Origin: a virus
Lineage: Duplodnaviria; Caudoviricetes
Strand: one strand, 5' to 3'
IMG/VR virus record: IMGVR_UViG_3300028374_000002
Span: 137,265 to 201,264 of that record
Length of the DNA: 64,000 nt
This document shows, in pieces, positions 48,440 to 56,391 of this stretch. How positions within the stretch are numbered: the stretch's first letter is position 1; each line of letters begins with the position of its first letter. The notes beneath the pieces were generated by a model. It was not told the origin of the DNA and did no database searches. It worked only from the letters and a program-made list of their open reading frames with translations. Both the position numbers and the translations under genes were made by a program.

Positions 48440-49195
48440 ATGAAATATATAAAACCTTACAAAATATTCGAGAATGCTAGTCCTAACTTCCCAACTACAA
48501 GGGATGAAGTTATAGAAGTGTGTGAAAAGTATGAAATAGAAAATTATACCATAAACGATGATTTAAGTATCGGTGTTGATGGTGATGTTCATTTATATAG
48601 TAAAAATTTAGAATACTTACCACTTAGATTTAGTTATGTGAGTGGTGATTTTAGTTGTCACCACAATAAACTAAAAACATTAAAAGGTGGTCCACAAACA
48701 GTAGATGGTTATTTTTATTGCTTTAATAATAATTTAGAATCATTAGAAGGTTGTCCACAAACAGTAGGTGGGCGTTTTAATTGTTTTGAAAATGAACTAA
48801 AGACATTAGAAGGTAGTCCACAAACAGTAAATGGTGATTTTAATTGCTTTAATAATAAACTAGAATCATTAGAAGGTAGTCCACAAACAGTAGGTGGGCA
48901 TTTTAATTGTTCTTTTAATAAATTAACCGATTTAGAATATTTTCCAGAAGTAAATGGTTCGGTAATTATATATGGAAATATAGTAAATTTATTAGTATAT
49001 ACATTTGTGGAAAATGCTAATACTTTCCTCATAGAAAATGCTAATGCTTTCCTCATAGAAGATTTTGTAGACTACGAGATAGTTAGAAACGGTGATACTG
49101 TTATGTTAGATAGATTACAAACTTTTATAAGAGATAATAATCTAAGGATGCCTGAGTTAGAACCCATTAAAACCCACTATAAAATAATAGAATAG
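48440..49195 (+). CDS. LRR-like repeat protein, array copy 5
   Basis: 251 aa; extra repeat plus a 24-bp duplication (ENANTFLI/ENANAFLI). Confidence 0.85.
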   Translation: MKYIKPYKIFENASPNFPTTRDEVIEVCEKYEIENYTINDDLSIGVDGDVHLYSKNLEYLPLRFSYVSGDFSCHHNKLKTLKGGPQTVDGYFYCFNNNLESLEGCPQTVGGRFNCFENELKTLEGSPQTVNGDFNCFNNKLESLEGSPQTVGGHFNCSFNKLTDLEYFPEVNGSVIIYGNIVNLLVYTFVENANTFLIENANAFLIEDFVDYEIVRNGDTVMLDRLQTFIRDNNLRMPELEPIKTHYKIIE

Positions 49196-49196
49196 T

Positions 49197-49919
49197 ATGA
49201 AACATATAAAATTATACGAAGAATATAACAGTACTAAGGAAGTAGTAGAAGAAGTAATTAAATATGAGGTAATATTTGATGTAGTTGATGTATCAAGCGA
49301 CCCAGTTGCTAAGGAAGAATTTGATAATTATGAAGATGCCTTAGCATATTATGAGAAAACATATGAATATGATGATGGTGTATATAGGACAAGAACTCAT
49401 TCAAAAATGCTAGATGAAATAACATATTCTGTATCCTATGAATATGACAGTGATAATGAGGATAAAGACGATGTTGATGATGATGATAAAAATTGGGATA
49501 TAATCGATACTGATAATATGGAGTCAGAAGAATATCGAATTAATGATGATTCTGAAAATGTTTTGGAACAGATTGAGGATTGGTTCAAAGAAAAATATGA
49601 TTCAAATAGGACAAAATACCATGAGATAGATGTTTATTACAATGATGATGACTATAAGACTATACAAATTAGGTTTTCTAATCACACAGAAAACATTATG
49701 AACAATGATAGATTCAGAAGTAAGGATTATTACATATCAGTTGTTGTTTCTGATTATGATGTTACTGATAGCAGATTTGGTATGTCAAATAGTTTTGAGA
49801 GAAGGAATAACGAACATGAACTAAAATATGGTAGTAGTGATGATACTATACAAATGGAAATAGATATTGATTTTTTAATTAAAGAGTTAAAAGAGGAAAT
49901 ATTAGAAGACTTTGGATAG
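49197..49919 (+). CDS. Acidic hypothetical protein inserted in the array; shares only the leader (MKHIKLYEEY)
   Basis: No LEGxP repeats; D/E-rich; IQIRFSNH motif. Confidence 0.7.
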   Translation: MKHIKLYEEYNSTKEVVEEVIKYEVIFDVVDVSSDPVAKEEFDNYEDALAYYEKTYEYDDGVYRTRTHSKMLDEITYSVSYEYDSDNEDKDDVDDDDKNWDIIDTDNMESEEYRINDDSENVLEQIEDWFKEKYDSNRTKYHEIDVYYNDDDYKTIQIRFSNHTENIMNNDRFRSKDYYISVVVSDYDVTDSRFGMSNSFERRNNEHELKYGSSDDTIQMEIDIDFLIKELKEEILEDFG

Positions 49920-49956
49920 TAAATACATTACAAAATAAGTAATTAATATATACTTT

Positions 49957-50066
49957 ATGAAGCATATAAAACCTTATAAAAATATTAGACAGGTTACAAA
50001 CATTTATAAGTGATAATGGTTTAGATATGCTGGATTTGAAAGAAATTAAAAAAAATAATAGAATAA
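49957..50066 (+). pseudogene. Collapsed remnant of an array gene (5' end fused to 3' end)
   Basis: atgaagcatataaaaccttataaaaatat (MKHIKPYK) joined out of frame to ttagacaggttacaaacatttata...aaaataatagaataa (LDRLQTFI...IIE*). Confidence 0.85.
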
Positions 50067-50068
50067 AC

Positions 50069-50737
50069 ATGAAACATATAAAACCTTATAAGATATTCGA
50101 GAGCAATAGTCCTAACTTCCCAACCACAAGAGAGGAAGTTATACAAGTGTGTGAAAAGTATGAAATAGAAAACTACACTATTAATGATGATTTAAGCATT
50201 GATGTTGATGATAACGTTCATTTAGGTTTTAAAATGTTAGAATATTTACCTCTTAAATTTAATTATGTAAGTGGTGGTTTTGGTTGTTATGAAAATAAAT
50301 TAATATCATTAGAAGGTAGTCCACAAATATTAGATGGTTCTTTTCTTTGTTTTGAAAATGAATTAAAATCGTTAGAAGGTAGTCCATCAGTAGTGAATGG
50401 TAATTTTATATGTTATGAAAATGAATTAGAATCATTAGAAGGTTGTCCACAAACAGTAGGTGGTGATTTTTCTTGTTCTGATAATAAATTAAAAGATTTA
50501 GAACACTTCCCAGAAGTAAATGGTATCATATCTATGAGGGGAAATCCATTAGATTTATTAGTACATACCTTTATCAAAAATGCTGATATCTTTATGATAG
50601 AAGACTTTACAGACTATGAAATAGTTAGAAACAGAGATACTGTTATGTTAGATAGATTAGAAACTTTCATTAGAGATAATGATTTAAAAATGCCTGACTT
50701 AGAAGGTATTAAAAAACACTATAAAATAATAGAATAA
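50069..50737 (+). CDS. LRR-like repeat protein, array copy 6
   Basis: True start 50069 (MKHIKPYK); the ORF-track extension is the pseudogene tail. Confidence 0.85.
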   Translation: MKHIKPYKIFESNSPNFPTTREEVIQVCEKYEIENYTINDDLSIDVDDNVHLGFKMLEYLPLKFNYVSGGFGCYENKLISLEGSPQILDGSFLCFENELKSLEGSPSVVNGNFICYENELESLEGCPQTVGGDFSCSDNKLKDLEHFPEVNGIISMRGNPLDLLVHTFIKNADIFMIEDFTDYEIVRNRDTVMLDRLETFIRDNDLKMPDLEGIKKHYKIIE

Positions 50738-50749
50738 AATAGAATAAAC

Positions 50750-51418
50750 ATGAAACATATAAAACCTTATAAGATATTCGAGAGCAATAGTCCTAACTTC
50801 CCAACCACAAGAGAGGAAGTTATACAAGTGTGTGAAAAGTATGAAATAGAAAACTACACTATTAATGATGATTTAAGCATTGATGTTGATGATAACGTTC
50901 ATTTAGGTTTTAAAATGTTAGAATATTTACCTCTTAAATTTAATTATGTAAGTGGTAGTTTTAATTGTTTTTATAATAAATTAACATCATTGGAAGGTTG
51001 TCCACAAAAAGTAGGTGGTAGCTTTGGTTGTTTTTATAATAATTTAGAATCATTAGAAGGTTGTCCACAAACAGTAGGTGGTGATTTTTCTTGTTCTGAT
51101 AATGAATTAGTATCATTGAAAGGTGGCCCACATACAGTGGGTGGTAATTTTAATTGTGTTTATAATAAATTAACAGACTTAGAACACTTCCCAGAAGTAA
51201 ATGGAATTATAAGTATAAAGAAAAACACAGTATATCTATTAGTACATACTTTCATTGAAAATGCTAATAGTTTCCTCATAGAAGATTTTATAGACTATGA
51301 AATAGTTAGAAACGGAGACACTGTTATGTTAGATAGATTACAAACATTCATTAGAGATAATGATTTAGAGATGCCTGACTTAGAAGAAATTAAAGAACAC
51401 TATAAAATAATAGAATAA
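50750..51418 (+). CDS. LRR-like repeat protein, array copy 7
   Basis: 5' about 200 nt identical to copy 6, then diverges. Confidence 0.85.
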   Translation: MKHIKPYKIFESNSPNFPTTREEVIQVCEKYEIENYTINDDLSIDVDDNVHLGFKMLEYLPLKFNYVSGSFNCFYNKLTSLEGCPQKVGGSFGCFYNNLESLEGCPQTVGGDFSCSDNELVSLKGGPHTVGGNFNCVYNKLTDLEHFPEVNGIISIKKNTVYLLVHTFIENANSFLIEDFIDYEIVRNGDTVMLDRLQTFIRDNDLEMPDLEEIKEHYKIIE

Positions 51419-51420
51419 AC

Positions 51421-52218
51421 ATGAAATATATAAAACCTTATAAGATATTTGAGAATATATCTAACTATTTCCCAACTACAAGAGAAGAAGTTGTGGAAGT
51501 ATGTATAAAATTTGAAATTATAAATTATACTATCAATGATGATTTAAGTATAGATGTTGATGGTGATGTTGATATGGCGAATAAGGGAATAAGCAGCTTA
51601 CCAATTAAATTTGGAAAGGTAAGTGGTGATTTTGCTTGTGAGTCTAATTATCAATTCTTTACACTAGAGGGATGTCCTTATGAGGTTGGTGGGAGTTTTA
51701 GTTGTAATACCAATGAACTTTTTTCACTAAGGGGGTGTCCTAAGATAATAGGAATTGATTTTGATTGTGGGTATTGTCCAATAGATTCATTGGAAGGTTG
51801 CCCAGAAACAGTAGGTGGTAATTTTTATTGTGAGCATAGTGGTATAGAATCATTAGAATATATGACAAAAAATATTGGGGGATCTGTTATTTTAAACATG
51901 AATGAAATAAAATCATTCAAAGGGTGTCCAGATAGTATATTTGGTAATTTGTATATAAGTGATAATAATATCACAGACTTAGAATATATACCAAATGTAT
52001 CAGATTATATACACTTGCAAAGGAATCCAGTACACTCTATAGTAAACTCTTTCATTATAAAAGGTGATGATATGCTAATTGAAGATTTCCAAGACTATGA
52101 TATAATAATTGATAATAAATCTATAAATTTGTTTAGGTTAGAAAATTTCTTTAAAGATTTTAACCTACCAATGCCAGACTTAAAAAAAATAAAAAAACAT
52201 TATAAAATAATAGAATAA
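51421..52218 (+). CDS. LRR-like repeat protein, array copy 8 (divergent, 265 aa)
   Basis: TLEGCPYEVGGSFSCNTN-type repeats. Confidence 0.85.
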   Translation: MKYIKPYKIFENISNYFPTTREEVVEVCIKFEIINYTINDDLSIDVDGDVDMANKGISSLPIKFGKVSGDFACESNYQFFTLEGCPYEVGGSFSCNTNELFSLRGCPKIIGIDFDCGYCPIDSLEGCPETVGGNFYCEHSGIESLEYMTKNIGGSVILNMNEIKSFKGCPDSIFGNLYISDNNITDLEYIPNVSDYIHLQRNPVHSIVNSFIIKGDDMLIEDFQDYDIIIDNKSINLFRLENFFKDFNLPMPDLKKIKKHYKIIE

Positions 52219-52220
52219 GA

Positions 52221-53045
52221 ATGAAATATATAAAACCTTACAAGATATTTGAGAGTGTTAGTCCTAATTTCCCAACTACAAGGGATGAAGTTATAGAAGT
52301 GTGTGAAAAGTATGAAATATATAACTACATCATTAATGATGATTTAAGCATTAATGTTGAAGGTGATGTTGATTTAAATATTGATATCGATGAGGATATA
52401 GGCCTACAAAATATAAAATTAAAATATTTACCTGTTGTATTCAACTATGTAAAAGGCTCATTTTATTGTCAAGATAATGAATTAATATCACTAGAAGGTT
52501 CACCACGTGATGTTGGAATTTTTGATTGCTCTAATAATAAATTAAAAACACTTGAAGGTGGGCCAGTGGATGTGCGTGGTTTTTTCAGTTGTGATGATAA
52601 TAATTTAAAAACATTAAATGGGTCACCTTCTAATGTTTCTAGGTGGTTTTCCTGTTCTAATAATAATTTAAAAACATTAGAGGGTTCTCCAAATGTTGTA
52701 AACGGAGAGTTTGTTTGTCATAATAATGAGTTAGAATCATTAAAGGGTATTACTAAAAATATAACTGATAGATTATATATAAACCACAATAATATTAAAT
52801 CGTTGGATTACTTTCCAACAACAACAAGTATAATATTCACACAAGGAAATCCAATAGATGTACTAATAAGCACTTTTATCAGAAATGATAACTTCAATGA
52901 TCTTTTAGAAGAATTTGAAGAATTTGAAATATTAAGAAATGGTGTTGTTGTTTATCTAGATAGATTAAAAACCTTCATAGAAGGATTTGATTTGAAAATG
53001 CCTAGCTTAGATAGAATTAAACAAGAGTATAAAATAATAGAATAA
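52221..53045 (+). CDS. LRR-like repeat protein, array copy 9 (divergent, 274 aa)
   Basis: SLEGSPRDVGIFDCSNN-type repeats. Confidence 0.85.
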   Translation: MKYIKPYKIFESVSPNFPTTRDEVIEVCEKYEIYNYIINDDLSINVEGDVDLNIDIDEDIGLQNIKLKYLPVVFNYVKGSFYCQDNELISLEGSPRDVGIFDCSNNKLKTLEGGPVDVRGFFSCDDNNLKTLNGSPSNVSRWFSCSNNNLKTLEGSPNVVNGEFVCHNNELESLKGITKNITDRLYINHNNIKSLDYFPTTTSIIFTQGNPIDVLISTFIRNDNFNDLLEEFEEFEILRNGVVVYLDRLKTFIEGFDLKMPSLDRIKQEYKIIE

Positions 53046-53047
53046 AC

Positions 53048-53716
53048 ATGAAACATATAAAACCTTATAAAATATTTGAAAGCAACAGCCCTAACTTCCC
53101 AACTACAAGGGATGAAGTTATAGAAGTGTGTGAAAAGTATGAAATATATAACTACATCATTAATGATGATTTAAGCATAGATGTTGCTGATGATGTTTTT
53201 TTAACTAGAAGCTTAGAGTATCTACCACTTAAATTTAACCATGTGGAAGGTTCTTTTTTATGTGGCTTTAATGAATTAAAAACATTGGAGGGTAGTCCAC
53301 AAACATTAGGTGGGTTTTTTGATTGCTCTTATAATAAACTAAAGACATTAGAAGGTTGTCCACAAACAATAGTACGTGGTTCTTTTAAATGTTCTAATAA
53401 TAATATAATGACATTAGAAGGTAGTCCACAAACAATAAATGGTGATTTTATTTGTAGTGATAATAAGTTGGTAGATTTAGAACATTTCCCAGAAGTAAAT
53501 GGTATAATAAATATAGAGAAAAACACAGTAAATTTATTAGTATATACTTTTATTAATAAAGTGGATACTTTTATGATAGAAGACTTCATAGATTATGAAA
53601 TAGTTAGAAACAGAGATACTGTTATGTTAGATAGACTAGAGACCTTTATTAGTGATAATGATTTAATGATGCCAGACTTAAAAGAAATAAAAAAACATTA
53701 TAAAATAATAGAATAA
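53048..53716 (+). CDS. LRR-like repeat protein, array copy 10
   Basis: Same architecture, 222 aa. Confidence 0.85.
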   Translation: MKHIKPYKIFESNSPNFPTTRDEVIEVCEKYEIYNYIINDDLSIDVADDVFLTRSLEYLPLKFNHVEGSFLCGFNELKTLEGSPQTLGGFFDCSYNKLKTLEGCPQTIVRGSFKCSNNNIMTLEGSPQTINGDFICSDNKLVDLEHFPEVNGIINIEKNTVNLLVYTFINKVDTFMIEDFIDYEIVRNRDTVMLDRLETFISDNDLMMPDLKEIKKHYKIIE

Positions 53717-53718
53717 AC

Positions 53719-54450
53719 ATGAAACATATAAAACCTTACGAGATATTTGAGAGTGCTAGTCCTAATTTCCCAACTACAAGAGAGGAAGTTATAGAAGTGT
53801 GTGAAAGGTATAGAATAAAAAACTATACTATTAATGATGATTTAAGTATCGATGTTGATGGTGATGTTTATTTAGTGGATAAAGGCTTAGAATACTTACC
53901 ACTTAAATTTAATTATGTAAGTGGTAATTTTGTTTGTTCTGATAATAAATTAAAGACATTAGAAGGTAGTCCACAAACAGTAGGTGGTTATTTTTTTTGT
54001 TTTGAAAATGAACTAAAGACATTAGAAGGTAGTCCACAAACAGTAGGTGGTACTTTTAATTGTTCTTACAATGAATTAATAACATTAGAAGGTAGCCCAC
54101 AAACAGTAAATGGGAATTTTCTTTGTTTTGGAAATGAATTAATAACATTAGAAGGTAGCCCACAAACAGTAAATGGGAATTTTCTTTGTTTTGGAAATGA
54201 ATTAAAAGACTTAGAATACTTCCCAGAAGTAAGTGGTAATGTATACATAAAGGGAAACACAGTATATCTATTAGTGTATACTTTTATTAGAACTGCTAGT
54301 AGTTTTATGATAGAAGATTTTATAGACTATGAAATAGTTAGGAACAGAGATACTGTTATGTTAGATAGATTACAAACATTCATAAGGGATAATGATTTAA
54401 AGATGCCTAATTTAAAAGAAATTAAAAAACACTATAAAATAATAGAATAG
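53719..54450 (+). CDS. LRR-like repeat protein, array copy 11
   Basis: 243 aa; exact 63-bp tandem duplication at 54070-54205. Confidence 0.85.
   Translation: MKHIKPYEIFESASPNFPTTREEVIEVCERYRIKNYTINDDLSIDVDGDVYLVDKGLEYLPLKFNYVSGNFVCSDNKLKTLEGSPQTVGGYFFCFENELKTLEGSPQTVGGTFNCSYNELITLEGSPQTVNGNFLCFGNELITLEGSPQTVNGNFLCFGNELKDLEYFPEVSGNVYIKGNTVYLLVYTFIRTASSFMIEDFIDYEIVRNRDTVMLDRLQTFIRDNDLKMPNLKEIKKHYKIIE
54070..54205 (+). repeat. Exact 63-bp tandem duplication (one repeat unit) inside array copy 11
   Basis: aatgaattaataacattagaaggtagcccacaaacagtaaatgggaattttctttgttttgga twice. Confidence 0.9.
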
Positions 54451-54452
54451 AA

Positions 54453-55064
54453 ATGAAACATATAAAACATTACAAGATATTTGAGAGTACAAGTCCTAAC
54501 TTCCCAACTACAAGAGAGGAAGTTATAGAAGTGTGTGAAAGGTATAGAATAAAAAACTATACTATTAATGATGATTTAAGTATCGATGTTGATGGTGATG
54601 TTCATTTATATAGTAAAAATTTAGAATACTTACCACTTAGATTTAGTTATGTGAGTGGTGCATTTCTATGTTTTGATAATGAATTAAAAACATTAGAAGG
54701 TTGTCCACAAACAGTAGGTAGGTCTTTTTCCTGTTCTAATAATTTTTTAGCATCGTTGAAAGGATGTCCACAAACAGTACGTGGTAGTTTTAATTGCTCT
54801 TATAATAAAATAACAGACTTAGAACACTTTCCAGAAGATAGTCATACCATATACATAGAAAATAATCCAATATACAATCTAATAAATACGTTTATTTTTA
54901 AACCAAAAACTGATAGCTTTATGATAGAAGACTTTATAGATTATGAGATAGTTAGAAACGGGGATACTGTTATGTTGGATAGGCTACAAACATTTATAAG
55001 GGATAATGATTTAGAAATGCCTGATTTAGATGAAATTAAAAAACACTATAAAATAATAGAATAA
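54453..55064 (+). CDS. LRR-like repeat protein, array copy 12
   Basis: 203 aa, same caps. Confidence 0.85.
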   Translation: MKHIKHYKIFESTSPNFPTTREEVIEVCERYRIKNYTINDDLSIDVDGDVHLYSKNLEYLPLRFSYVSGAFLCFDNELKTLEGCPQTVGRSFSCSNNFLASLKGCPQTVRGSFNCSYNKITDLEHFPEDSHTIYIENNPIYNLINTFIFKPKTDSFMIEDFIDYEIVRNGDTVMLDRLQTFIRDNDLEMPDLDEIKKHYKIIE

Positions 55065-55165
55065 ATCCTCTAAGATAGTAAAATATATATTTAAACTTAT
55101 CATAATATTTGTATATAAATAGGGAAAAGTACAATAAAATATATATAAAATAAAAGAAATAAAAA

Positions 55166-56125
55166 ATGTCAGATAAAGAAAATCTTAGTGAAGAAGATTA
55201 CTTAAAAAAACACCTAGGAAACCAAGACTCTAATGGTAATAATCAAACGAATAGTGATATACCAACTAGTGATTATAAACAAGGTGAAGATTCAGAAGGT
55301 ATTAAAGTAAGTGATTTAAAATATTTCTCATTTAGTGTAGATATGCTACCATGTGGTAAGTTTTACCCAAGTGGATCAATGCTTATGATTAGACCAGCAG
55401 AAGTTGTTGAAATACAAGCATACTCTACTGTAGATGATAACAACTTCTATGATGTTGTTGAAAAAATGAATGGGATGTTACAATCTTGTGTCCGTATAAA
55501 GTTTCCAGATAATAAGATTGGATCTTATTTGGAATTAAAAGACCAAGATAGATTATATACCATATTTCTAATAAGAGAACTTACATTCCAAAAAGGTAAT
55601 TCTTTAACAGTTAAAGTTCCATCGCCATGTGGTAATGAAGAAGAGGAAATGTCTATTGAGTTAGTTAGAGATAACTTTGTGTTCCACGAAATAAGTGATA
55701 GTCTTAAAAAATACTTTACACCTAGTAATGGTACTTACAATTTTAAATTAACTAATAAAAAGAGCTTTGAACTTGCTCCACCAACAATAGGGATACAGAA
55801 ATCATTTAGTGATTATATAATCCAAGAAACTAATGCAGATAAAAAACCTAATTTAGCTTTTCTTAAAATAATTCCTTTTTTATTAGCTAACAGAACTAGT
55901 ATCTCATATGAGGGTATTAAGGCTAAGCTAAAAGACTTTAAAGATATGGATGAGGTTTCATTCCAATTTTTAAATTCAGCAGTTAACAAGCTTTCATTTG
56001 GTATTAAAGAACTTAAAAAAATATCAGAGTGTGGTGAGGAGGTACGCACACCCATGAAGTTTCCCAGCGGAGCATCAAGTATTTTCGTTGTTCAAGATGC
56101 CTTTGAAGCATATCTTGAAGAATAA
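55166..56125 (+). CDS. Baseplate hub protein (gp26-like)
   Basis: LPCGKFYP...LMIRPAEVVEI, LQSCV, DRLYTIFLIRELTF, C-terminal KKISECG..VRTPMKFP..ASSIF. Confidence 0.6.
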   Translation: MSDKENLSEEDYLKKHLGNQDSNGNNQTNSDIPTSDYKQGEDSEGIKVSDLKYFSFSVDMLPCGKFYPSGSMLMIRPAEVVEIQAYSTVDDNNFYDVVEKMNGMLQSCVRIKFPDNKIGSYLELKDQDRLYTIFLIRELTFQKGNSLTVKVPSPCGNEEEEMSIELVRDNFVFHEISDSLKKYFTPSNGTYNFKLTNKKSFELAPPTIGIQKSFSDYIIQETNADKKPNLAFLKIIPFLLANRTSISYEGIKAKLKDFKDMDEVSFQFLNSAVNKLSFGIKELKKISECGEEVRTPMKFPSGASSIFVVQDAFEAYLEE

Positions 56126-56345
56126 ATTAATGTTACAAAAACATTTCCACTTACAAGAGTATTCAATAGACTCTTGGCCATTTTGGATGTTTGAGGAAAA
56201 CATTAAGATAGTAAATGAAATAGTTGAGGAAGAAGAAAAGAACCAAGGAAAGCAAGAACAACAACAATCTTCTAACTTTGATGCTAACTCAATGATGAAA
56301 AATGCCCAAAGTATGACCAATAACATACCAAAGCCTAAATATTAA
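56097..56345 (+). CDS. Baseplate hub assembly protein (gp51-like small partner)
   Basis: LMLQKHFHLQEYSIDSWPFWMFEENIKIVNEIVEEE resembles the small partner gene that follows gp26-like genes in T4-like phages; overlaps the end of the hub gene. Confidence 0.55.
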   Translation: MPLKHILKNKLMLQKHFHLQEYSIDSWPFWMFEENIKIVNEIVEEEEKNQGKQEQQQSSNFDANSMMKNAQSMTNNIPKPKY

Positions 56346-56376
56346 GAAAGGGATAGGTTTATAGCCTATCCTTTTT
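56346..56376 (+). terminator. Intrinsic terminator
   Basis: gaaagggatagg-tttatag-cctatcccttttt. Confidence 0.8.
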
Positions 56377-56391
56377 AATTTATATAATTAA

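Noticed and set aside
45882-55064. CRISPR array or diversity-generating retroelement as the source of the repeats
   Set aside because: Repeats are in-frame coding units without constant repeat/unique spacer alternation. No reverse transcriptase or non-coding template repeat is in the window, and the variation is not evidently limited to adenines.
56075-56345. Programmed frameshift fusing the hub gene with its small partner (lambda G-T style)
   Set aside because: No clear slippery heptamer in the overlap; an in-frame ATG at 56097 gives a gp51-like gene by simple coupling.
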